A DNA stretch of 64,000 nt. Source: Mobula hypostoma. Taxonomy: Eukaryota. A program made the position numbers and the translations under genes. Location of the stretch: contig NC_086097.1 in assembly GCF_963921235.1 (NCBI RefSeq), positions 122,142,001 to 122,206,000 of the forward strand, read 5' to 3'. Shown in pieces: positions 1-10,915 of this stretch. Positions within the stretch are counted from its first letter, which is position 1. Every line of letters begins with the position of its first letter. The notes beneath the pieces are model-generated. The model did no database searches. It was not told the origin of the DNA and worked only from the letters and a program-made list of their open reading frames with translations.

Positions 1-2234
1 GTCATCCGCAAACTTGGAGATGCTGCATTTAATTCCCTCATCCAAGTCATTAATATATATTGTAAACAACTGGGGTCCCAGCACTGAGTCTTGCGGTACC
101 CCACTAGTCACCGCCTGCCATTCTGAAAAGGTCCTGTTTATTCCCACTCTTTGCTTCCTGTCTGCTAACCAATTCTCCATCCACATCAATACCTTACCCC
201 CAATACCGTGTGCTTTAAGTTTGAACACTAATCTCCTGTGTGGGACCTTGTCAAAAGCCTTTTGAAAATCCAAATATACCACATCCACTGGTTCTCCCCT
301 ATCCACTCTACTAGTTACACCCTCAAAAAATTCTGTGAGATTCGTCAGACATGATTTTCCTTTCACAAATCTATGCTGACTTTGTCCGATGATTTCACCG
401 CTTTCCAAATGTGCTGTTATCACATCTTTGATAACTGACTCCAGCAGTTTCCCCACCACCGACGTTAGGCTAACCGGTCTATAATTCCCCGGTTTCTCTC
501 TCCCTCCTTTTTTAAAAAGTGGGGTTACATTAGCCACCCTCCAATCCTCAGGAACTAGTCCAGAATCTAACGAGTTTTGAAAAGTTATCGCTAATGCATC
601 CACTATTTCTTGGGCTACTTCCTTAAGCACTCTAGGATGCAGACCATCTGGCCCTGGGGATTTATCTGCCTTCAATCCCTTCAATTTACCTAACACCACT
701 TCCCTACTAACATGTATTTCGCTCAGTTCCTCCATCTCACTGGACCCTCTGTCCCCTACTATTTCTGGAAAATTATTTATGTCCTCTTTAGTGAAGACAG
801 AACCAAAGTAATTATTTAATTGGTCTGCCATGTCCTTTCTCCCCATAATCAATTCACCTGTTTCTGTCTGCAGGGACCTACATTTGTCTTTACCAGTCTT
901 TTCCTTTTTACATATCTATAAAAGCTTTTACAGTCAGTTTTTATGTTCCCTGCCAGTTTTCTCTCATAATCTTTTTTCCCCTTCCTAATTAAGCCCTTTG
1001 TCCCCCTCTGCTGAACTCTAAATTTCTCCCAGTCCTCAGGTGAGCCACTTTCCCTGGCTAATTTGTATGCTTCTTCTTTGGAATTGATACTATCCCTAAT
1101 TTCTCTTGTCAGCCACGGGTGCACTACCTTCCTTGAATTATTCTTTTGCCAAACTGGGATGAACAATTGTTGTAGTTCATCCATGCAACCTTTAAATGCT
1201 TGCCATTGCATATCCACCGTCAATCCTTTAAGTGTCATTTGCCAGTCTATCTTAGCTAATTCACGTCTCATACCTTCAAAGTTACCCCTCTTTAAGTTCA
1301 GAACCTTTGTTTCTGAATTAACTATGTCACTCTCCATCTTAATGAAGAATTCCACCATATTATGGTCACTCTTACCCAAGGGGCCTCTCACGACAAGATA
1401 GCTAATTAACCCTTCCTCATTGCTCAAAACCCAGTCCAGAATAGCCTGCTCTCTAGTTGATTTCTCGACATGTTGGTTCAAAAAACCATCCCGCATACAT
1501 TCCAAGAAATCCTCTTCCTCAGTACCTTTACCAATTTGGTTCACCCAATCTACATGTAGATTGAAGTCACCCATTATAACTGCTGTTCCCTTATTGCACA
1601 CATTTCTAATTTCCTGTTTAATACCACCTCCGACCTCACTACTACTATTAGGTGGCCTGTACACAACTCCCACCAGCGTCTTCTGCCCCTTAGTGTTACG
1701 CAGCTCTACCCATATCGATTCCACATCTTCCCAGCTTATGTCCTTCCTTTCTATTGCATTAATCTCTTCTTTAACCAGCAACGCCACCCCACCTCCCCTT
1801 CCTTCATGTCTATCCCTCCTGAATATTGAATATCCCTGAACGTTGAGCTCCCATCCTTGGTCACCCTGGAGCCATGTCTCTGTGATCCCAACTATATCAT
1901 AATCATTAATAACAATCTGCACTTTCAATTCATCCACCTTATTACAAATGCTCCTTGCATTGACACACAAAGCCTTCAGGCGCTCTTTTACAACTCTCTT
2001 AGCCCTTATACAATTATGTTGAAAAATGGCCCTTTTTAATGCTTGCCCTGGATTTGTCGGCCTGCCACTTTTACTTTTCTCCTTAGTACTTTTTGCTTCT
2101 ACCCTCACTTTACACCCCTCTGTCTCTCTGCACTGGTCCCATCCCCCTGTTGTGAACTAACCTCCTCACGCCTAGCCTCATTAATTTGATTCCCACCCCC
2201 CAACCATTCTAGTTTAAAGTCACCTCAGTAGCCC
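1..2234 (-). mobile_element. CR1 LINE, 5'-truncated and relatively young; runs off the window start
   Basis: The minus strand encodes an APE endonuclease (ALCVNARSI, GITETWL, GVVYRPP, IMGDFN, LDWVL, SDHNM) and continues into the RT. ORF 14..265 (+) is the antisense shadow of the RT motifs KAFDKV and GVPQDSVLGP. Confidence 0.92.
849..2108 (-). pseudogene. CR1 ORF2 N-terminal part (endonuclease plus linker), frameshifted near 870
   Basis: The 419-aa ORF has the APE motifs and reads ...KTNVGP before drifting into a stop. RT homology continues in another frame toward position 1. Confidence 0.88.
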
Positions 2235-2831
2235 ATGTATATGCTATCTTGTGTATTTATTTGTGTTTTTTTTTAATATTGTATTCTTTATCTTATTGTG
2301 TTTCTTTTTCTGTTACATCAGAACTGGAGTAACAATTATTTAATTCTCCTTTGCACTTGTGTACTGGAAATGACATTAAACAATCTAGAATTCATTCCAC
2401 TACATTCCAATCAACATATTTTCGTTCCCAAGTTCAGGAAGACTAATTTGTGGACTAAAGTATGTTTAGTCCTTTAGGTTGTGACTTATTAGGGCTGTGT
2501 TTCCCATTCCAGCCTTCATCAACACCTCTTGCACAGTTTGACTACATGAGGAAACAATCTGCGAACAACTTTCTGCTGGCAGGTAAATAATCAGTAAGAA
2601 TGAGTTTGAAAATGCTCAAATCCATTGAGAACATGGAGAGATGACTGTGTAGGCAAGACTAAAATAACCACCTAATGCCAAGCTTCAAGATGTTATCACT
2701 GGGAAAAGAAGCAAATAAAGTAATGTTGCTTTTATAATAATAAAATGAAAGTATCTAATCTCTGCTTTTGCTCAATGTTAGCTACTGAGATAGAAACCTG
2801 TCAGAGCAAAATCAAGGATACTATCTTAGTG

Positions 2832-2910
2832 CAGGGGCTCCCAACTTTTTTTATGCCATGAACTAATACCATTAAGTAAGTGACCATGGACCCCAGGTTA
2901 GAAACCCCTG
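2832..2910 (+). mobile_element. 79-bp hAT-type MITE
   Basis: Imperfect TIRs caggggctcccaac and gttagaaacccctg. Perfect 8-bp TSD tcttagtg at 2824-2831 and 2911-2918. Confidence 0.88.
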
Positions 2911-2974
2911 TCTTAGTGCACTATTGATGGAATGTTACCTCATTGAAATTACTGATATCCAAACAAGATGTTTG

Positions 2975-3054
2975 CAAGGGTTCCCAAACCGGGGCCCACA
3001 GACCCCTTACTTAATGGTATTGGTCCATGGCATAAAAAAGGTTGTGAACCCCTG
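2975..3054 (-). mobile_element. Second copy of the same hAT MITE, inverted
   Basis: The reverse complement (caggggttcacaaccttttttatgccatggaccaataccattaagtaag...) aligns end to end with 2832-2910. The TSD is not clear. Confidence 0.82.
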
Positions 3055-3517
3055 TGTTAGAGTGTAGTTCCTTAACTCTTTAGAGATCCATAGAGAATTT
3101 TGCCCCATTTCTATCTTTCAGTTAAAGCTAATTAAGTATCTGGTCAAATAGTGCTGCCTGTGGGATCTTGCTGTGCACAGGCTGGTTGCTACATCTCCTC
3201 CATTCTGGCAAAAATTACAGCCCAACCTAACCCAGGACTGTCGAGGACGTGAAAGGCCTCACAGATGTTACAGGCTGATTTCAGTCCCCGTTTGTGTTAA
3301 AATAGCAGGAAGGTACGTGCGTCCTCCAAAACTACTTAATAATGTCAGATTTCAAATTCAGATTTCCTTATCACAAGTACACGGAAACATACGGTGAAAT
3401 GTCTAGTTGCGTTAACAGCCAACATACCCAGGGATGTGCTGGGTGCAGCACATGACAGTTATCTCTGCATGCTAGCTCAGCTCTGGGACTTCTTCACTCT
3501 CTCTGCATACCAATGCT

Positions 3518-4140
3518 CAAAGCTCAGAGTAAATTTATTGTCAAATTGCATATGTGCGTACGTATGTGCGCCCTTAACTCCTGGTGGAGTCATTGAGGCG
3601 CGGTCATGACAAGCTTTTTTTTTTGGTATGCTCAACGTATGGCGTGTTTTGGGCATCTGAAACCTGGTGGAACCCATCCCTCTCCTGGTTTTTTTAATAA
3701 GGTCCAGTTGTTAGCTCGACACTTAACCCAGGCGTGGATGGAGAGTGTACAAGGGAGCCGGCCGGATTCAAACTCGGGACCTCTCGCCCCGAAGTCCAGC
3801 GTTGATGCCACTACGCCACCAGCCAGTAAAATTACATATATGTCACCATATATTACCTTGAGATTTATTTCCTTGCAGGCATTCACAGTAGATCAGGGAG
3901 ATGTTGTACAATAGAATCAATGAAAGATGACACACAAAACCGCCAAACAATCAATGTGCAAAAGACAGATGGTGCAAATTAAAAAAAATACTACTGGGAA
4001 CATTGTTGAGTCCTTGAAAGTGAGTCCAAAGGTTGTGGTATCAGATCAGTGTTGAAGTGAGCAAAGTTTACTGATTCAGGAGCCTGATGTTTTAAGGGTA
4101 AAAACTGTTTCTACAGCTGGTGGTGTGGGTCTGGTGTTGT
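3518..4140 (-). mobile_element. Rex1/Babar-like LINE 3' UTR fragment, interrupted by a SINE
   Basis: Carries the same 3'-end signature (aaagttcaaagtaaatttattatcaaa...atatgtcaccatata...gagatt) seen at 4240, 21770, 57623 and 62221. Confidence 0.6.
3557..3828 (-). mobile_element. tRNA-derived SINE
   Basis: The minus strand begins ggctggTGGCGTAGTGGcatc (A box) and contains gaGTTTGAATCC (B box). Degenerate TSD: aaattgcatatgtg (3543-3556) and aaattacatatatg (3829-3842). Confidence 0.85.
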
Positions 4141-4239
4141 CCCCAATACAGGAATGTGCTGGGGACAGCACATAACTGCTAGCTCTGCACTCTAGCTCAG
4201 CTCTGTGAATTCTTCATCCTCTCTGTGCAACAGGAACAC

Positions 4240-4625
4240 AAAGTTCAAAGTAAACTTATTATCAAAGTACATGTATGTTGCCATATACAACCATGATTAT
4301 TAAATAAGTAAGTAATAAATATCGAGAGCATGAAATGAAGTGTCCTTGAAAGTGAGTATATATTTTGTGGGAACAGTTCAGTGTTGAGGTGAGTGAAGTT
4401 GTTCCCTTTGGTTCAAGAGCATGATGCTTGAGGTGTAATAACCGTTCTTTAATCTGTGGGTGTGGATTCTGAGGCTCTTGTACCTCCTTCCTGATGGCAG
4501 CAGAGAGAAGAGAGCATGGCCTGGATAGTGGGGGTCCTTCACAGCATTCCATATAGATGTGCTGAACGGTGGAGAGGGCTTTACCATGATGGGTTGGGCT
4601 CATCATGATAGGGGTGGGCTTTGAT
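4240..4625 (-). mobile_element. Rex1/Babar-like LINE 3' fragment
   Basis: ORF 4378..4587 reads KDPHYPGHALFSLLPSGRRYKSLRIHTHRLKNGYY, the typical Rex1/Babar ORF C-terminus. Confidence 0.75.
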
Positions 4626-5464
4626 TCCAATATGTGGTCTCTGGTGATATGTAATTCAACAGGGCTACCAAGCCTATGGAGTAGTGAGTCAATGCCTACT
4701 GGAGAGTAGGGGGAAATTGGAAAGGTAATTGGTTATATTTTTTATGTCTGCTTTTTGATGCCTATGGCATCACTGACGTTATGGTCTGGCGTTACTCGAA
4801 ATGACAGTTTTCGGGAATGAATTAGCATGTACACAGTACAAGCTATCGCAGTCGGACTGACTGACTGACTGTGCCTCAGCTGATGTCATAATTCAACGCA
4901 CTCAGAATGTCAGGCTGAATACATCAGACCATCGTTCCTGATGATGCTATCAGCATACATCTTGAAGCCTAAGTGCTAAAGATATCTAAACTGTCAAGAG
5001 AGAATTAAAAAAAAAGGACTTTGATGAGAAATTTTGGTGTCTGCGGAATATATTTTTTCATATGGGTTATTAATTCTGACAGCATTCCAACTTTGACAGC
5101 ATGCCTTAAGAACAAAACCAGTCTCTGCATTCTCATTTGTGAGACCACACTTCAACTGGCAGCCGTGCCTGAGCTTTCTGCATATACTTCATCAAAATTA
5201 TTGCAGGCAATTATCTTGTTTCTTGAAACAATGCCAAACCGCTGGAATAATAATTAGACAGAAGCTAGCATGCAAACTTAATTCAGAATTGATATGGCTG
5301 ATAAATATGGCTAATATATCATTTAGTGGTTCTGCCACTCGTAATGTTCAAAACTAGGGTACCCATCATTGTTACAGCAAAACTGAGCTCAAGGTGGACA
5401 ACACTGGATAAAGGTGATGGGTTTTGTAAAAGGACTCACAGTCTGTAGTATCCACAGAACCTGG

Positions 5465-6008
5465 CTGTGGTCCTTCCACAGTGGACAGATGCACAGTGAT
5501 TGCATCACGGCCTTGGTATGGAAACACCAATGCCCAGGAATGGAAAAGTCTACAAAAAGTGGTGGATACATCCCAGCCCATCAGAGGGAAAGCCCTCCCC
5601 ACCTTTGAGCATATTTACAAGGAGCACTATCGCAAAGAAACAGCTCAGGGATCCCCAAGCCATGCTATCTGTTCCCTACTACTATCTGACAGAAGGTGCA
5701 GGAGCCTTAGGTCCCACATCACCAGGTTCAGGAACAGTTATTACCCTACAGCACTCATGTTCCTGAACCAGTGGGATAGCTTCCCTCACCTCAGTGCTGA
5801 ATTGATTCCGCAACCTACAGATTCACTTTCAAGGAATCTACAACTCGTGTTCTCAGTATTGCTTATTTATTTTTAATTTTATTTGCACCATTTGTCCTCT
5901 TTTGCACTTTGATTTTTGTCAGTCTTATATAGTTTTTCATAAATGCAATTGTTCATAAACTCAATCTTCTGAATTATTTCTAAATTCAATTATATTTCTT
6001 CATTTCCT
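5465..6008 (+). mobile_element. Rex1/Babar-like LINE 3' fragment; its UTR resumes at about 7766-7855
   Basis: Peptide remnants WYGNTNAQEWKSLQKVV and RSLRSHITRFRNSYYP. The UTR is split by the younger element at 6009-7765. Confidence 0.72.
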
Positions 6009-7765
6009 CGGACCCCCGGCGCATGTGGCATGGCATACAGGTCATTACAGACTTCAAACCACCTAGTACTGTGCCCCCTTCCAGCTCTGCTTCCCTCCCT
6101 GATGAGCTCAATTACTTCTACGCTCACTTTGACGGAGAGAACAAGGAGGTCATCCTCAAAGCGAATCTCCCACCTAGTGAACTGCCTCTCTCACTTTCCA
6201 CCTCTGATGTTTGCGCCACCCCGAGCAGGGTGAATGTACGGAAGGCAGCTGGTCCGGATGGAACACCTGGCTGTGTGCTCAGAGTCTGTGCAGGGCAGTT
6301 GGCCGGGGTCATCACGGACATTTTTAATCTGTCCCTGGCCCAGGCATGTTGTCCCCACAAGCTTCAAGAATGCCACCATCGTGCCAGTGCCAAAGCACTC
6401 CTCTGCCACGGGCCTGAATGACTTCCACCCAGCTGCACTCACCCCCATCACTGCAAAGTGCTTTGAGAGACTGGTTCTATCACATCTGAAATCCTGTCTG
6501 CCCACTACCCTGGACCCCCATCAATTTGCCTATTGCACCAACAGGTCAACAGAGGATGCCGTCTCCACGGCACTTCGCTCCGCCCTGACCCACCTGGACA
6601 GCCTCAACTCTTACATCAGAATGATGTTCATTGATTTTAGTTCGGCATTCAATACTGTGATCTCCTCCAAGCTGATCACCAAACTTTCACCAGCTTGGTA
6701 TCAGCTCATCCCTCTGCAATTGGACCTTGGACTTTCTGACTAACAGACCCCAATCAGTTAAGTTAGACAACCTCTCCTCCTCCACTCTCACCCTGAACAC
6801 CGGCATGCCTCAAGGCTGTGTGCTGAGCCCTCTTCTGTACTCCCTTTTCACCTATGACTGCGTTCCTGAACATGGTTCTAACTCCATAATCAAGTTCGCA
6901 GATGACACTACGGTGGTTGGCCTGATCAGTGGGGATGACGAGATTGCCTACAGGGATGAGGTCCAGCTCCTGGCCGCGTGGTGTGCCGATAACAACCTGG
7001 CCCTTAGCACCTAGAAGACCAAGGAGATCATTGTAGACTTCAGGCATGCTAGGAGCCACACTCACGTCCCCATCTACATCAACGGAGCTGTAGTGGAACA
7101 TGTATCAAGCTTCAAATTCCTTGGTGCCCACTTTTCTGAGGATCTCTCCTGGTCCCTGAAATACTCCATCCTGGTCAAAAAGGCGCAATAGCGCCTTTAT
7201 TTCCTGCGGATCATCAGGAAAGCTCACCTCTGTCCCAGGATACTGACGAACATTTACCGCTGTACCATTGAGAGTACACTCACCAACTGCATCTCAGTGT
7301 GGTATGGCAATTCTCCCGTATCGGATCGCAAAGCACTCCAGCAGATTATCGGCACCCAATTGCCCACCACTGAGAACATCTACCATAAACGCTGCCTGGG
7401 CAGGGTGAAAAGCATTATCAAGGATGCATTTCACCCTAACTAGGGACTTTTTACTCTCCTCCCATCCAGTAGGCTCTACAGGAGCCTCAACCCCCACACC
7501 AGCAGGCACAGGAAGAGCTTCTTCCCTGAGGCTGTGACCCTGCTGAACCTCACATCACAGCGCTAAGCAGTATTGCACCCATATTGTACTGTCTGAGTAC
7601 TTTTATATTTGTGTGCTGTAGCACTTACTTTTTATTCACAGTTATTTTGTAATTAACACTATTCTTTGCATTTCTGGTTAGATGCTAACTGCATTTCATT
7701 GGCTTTGTATCTGTACTTGGCACAATGACAGTAAAGTTGAATCTAATCTAATCTAATCTAATCTA
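6009..7765 (+). mobile_element. Rex1/Babar LINE, 5'-truncated, RT region with few disablements
   Basis: Motifs [61 protein letters not shown] and [12 protein letters not shown]. Ends in an (ATCTA)5 tail at 7741-7765. Confidence 0.92.
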
Positions 7766-9124
7766 ATTTACCTATAAAAGCCTGTAAGAAAATGAATCTG
7801 AAGTTTTTATTTGATGGCATATAATAATTCGATAATGAATTTACTTTGACTGTGACTCACCATACCATTGTGTGGAGTGTGATTTCAGTGTTTGGTACCC
7901 TGATACATGGTACAATGGGACTTAACAGACTTGTTATGCAGCCTCAGCATTTGGCAATGAATAATTCATTGCCCCTAACAGAGGACTTTTTTAAACTTAA
8001 AAAGCACTGGGGAAGAACAAGGACAGAGATGAAACTGGTTTGTAAAATCTGTCCATTGCCACTAAGCGATTAAACAGATTCCTCAAGTTCCTCACTTGAC
8101 TTCGTAGGGATCCTCACGTTAAATACACTCCAAGCCATTTTGATCACTCGGAACTTGATGGGACTTAATGGTCACATAATACCAGCACCATCCTTAATAA
8201 GCAGTAAAAGCAGTAATAATTAGACCACTGGACAGGAGACAATTATCCATTCTCTGCCAACAATTCCCGCAAATAGATTCCTTCACAGTATTTTCAATAT
8301 TCAGTCCTTACACAGGTAGCTAAGCAAATTGCTTGTTTCTCTTGTATTGGGTTCTGAAGGTTCTTTCTATATAGTCCAAATTTCTCCAAGTTATGTATTT
8401 TAGAAGTCACCTGCTAAATGGATCTGCCATTGTCCAGCTGTTGGAACTTCAGGAACTACTGGATACCTGCAAATGCACCTTTGAATGTGGAAGTTTGACC
8501 TTTACTGGGTGTCATAGAACAATACATGTGTCACTGCACACCATGGCCTGGCTTCATGATAAAGTCCAGTTTTGACTGGCAAATTACTGCTTGGATCTTG
8601 TACAATGAAGTTCTTTACTGGTGCAGTTTAGAGACTACATTAAATTCGAGTGAGACTCCAAGCTGATGGGTCAGGATAACTAGTAGTTTTGAGTATAATT
8701 CAAATATTATACTTCTGAAATCTGGCCGTAATAATGCAGTGATTTAGAAAGTAATAAATATACACATCAACATGATCTTGCAATGAATGGACAGAGATTA
8801 AAGCATAAAGTTTAACTTGCTGAGTCCCCTGGAACAAATATCATTAGGTTTGTTTTTATTTGCATTCATTGTTTTTACTTTTCAAAAATTAGTTTAATCA
8901 TTCCAATAGTATTTGAATGACTCCAATATTCAACATACAAATTGGAGATGTTCAAAACTGTTAAACCTCTTCATAGATAAACCCGTTGGGAGCAGGAGCT
9001 TGTGACAGCATTCTGGCCAATTTTCCAACTCAGAGGGCTGGGGGGAGTGATGGCCTTCCTTGGAGTCTACAAGTGGCAGTGGGGTGAGGCCAGCACTGTG
9101 CAGGCTAGTGTCATGTACACTGCA

Positions 9125-9310
9125 GGAAGGGAAAGGGCTGAAGAAGAAGGAGTCTGATAGGAGAGGAGAGTGGGCCATGTAAGAAAGGGAGGGAGGAGGG
9201 ACACCAGAGGGAAGTGATGGGCAGGTGAGGAGAAGAGAAGGGGTAAGAGGGGAGTCAGAATGGGAGTTGAAAAAGAGAATAGGAGGAGGGAGTGACATTA
9301 CCACAAGTTA
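9125..9310 (-). mobile_element. Penelope-like 3' repeat fragment
   Basis: Purine-rich tract homologous to 46760-46930, and an inverted homologue of 9412-9537. Confidence 0.6.
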
Positions 9311-9411
9311 GAAAAACAAATGCCATCAGTTTGTTGACTACACAGACAAAATATGAGATAATGCACCTGAAAACTGAGAGTGGCCTCATTGTGGCAGTAG
9401 GGAAGATAACT

Positions 9412-9537
9412 GTTGGTGCCCCTCCTGCTTTCCTTTCTCCCATGGTTCACTCTGCTGTCCTATCAGATTCCTTTCTCTTCAGCACTTTATGATTTCCACC
9501 TATCACCTGCCAGCTTCTCAATCCTTCCCCCGTCCCA
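9412..9537 (+). mobile_element. Penelope-like 3' repeat, upstream piece; continues at 13551-13748
   Basis: The pyrimidine-rich segment cctatcagattcctt...cctatcacctgccagcttct is colinear with the reverse complement of 46520-46930. It is interrupted by a CR1. Confidence 0.6.
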
Positions 9538-10915
9538 TAACACCATAAGACCATATGATTATAGGAGCAGAAGTTGGCTATTTGGCCCATCAAGTCTGCT
9601 CTGCCATTCAATCATGGGCTGATCCAATTCTTCCAGTCATCCCCACTCCCCTGCTTTCACTCCATACCCCTTGATGCCCTGGCTAATCAAGAACCTATCT
9701 ATCTCTATCTTAAATACACCCAGTGACTTGGCCTCCACAGCTGCTCGTGGCAAAAAACTCCACAGATTTACCACCCTCTGACTAAAGTAATTTCTCTGCA
9801 TCTCATTTCTAAAAGGACGTCCTTCAATCCTGAAGTTGTGCCCTCTTGTCCTAGAATCCCCTACCATGGGAAATAACTTTTCCATATCTAATCTGTTCAG
9901 GCCTTTTAACCTTCGGGATGTTTCTATGAGATCCCCCCTCATTCTCCTGAACTCCAGAGAATACAGCCCAAGAGCTGCCAGATGTTCCTCATACAGTAAC
10001 CCTTTCATTCCTGGAATCATTCTTGTGAATCTTCTCTGAACCTTCTCCAATATCAGTATATCCTTCCTAAAATAAGGAGCCCAAAACTTCACACAATACT
10101 CCAAGTGTGGTCTCACGAGTGTCTAATAGAGCCTCAACATCACATCCCCGCTTTCATATTCTAAACCTCTCAAAATTAATGCCAACATTGCATTCACCTT
10201 CTTCACAACTGACTCAACCTAGAGATTAATCTTTAGGATAGCTTGCACAAGGAATCCCAAGTCCCTTTGCATCTCTGCATTTTGAATTCTCTCCCTATCT
10301 AAATAATAGTCTGCCTGTTTATTTCTTCCACCAAAGTGCATGACCATACACTTTCCAACATTGTATTTCATTTGCCACTTCTTTGCCCATTCCCCTAAAC
10401 TATCTAAGTCTCTCTGTTTCCTCAACACTACCCGCAACTGCACCTATCTTGGTATCATCGGCAAGTTTAGCCACAAATCTATTAATACTGTAGTCCAAAT
10501 CATTGACATACATCGTAAAGAGCAGCGGTCCCAACACCAACCCCTGTGGAACTCCACTGGTAACCGGCAGCCAGCCAGCATAGGATCCCTTTATTCCCAC
10601 TCTATGTTTTCTGCTGACCAGACAATGCTCCACCCATGCTAGTAACTTCCTTGTAATTCCATGGGCTCTTATCTTGCTAAGCAGCCTCATGTGTGGCACT
10701 TTGTCAAACGCCTTCTGACAATCCAAGTCTACTGCATCTCCATTGTCTACCCTGCTTGTAACTTCCTCAAAGAATTCCAGTAGGTTTGTCAGGCAAACCA
10801 TGACCTTTCAGGAAACCATGCTGGCTTTGGCCTATCTTGTGCCTCCAGGTACTCCGTAATCTCATCCCTAACAATTTATTCCAACAACTTCCCAACCGTT
10901 GATGTCAGGCTAACA

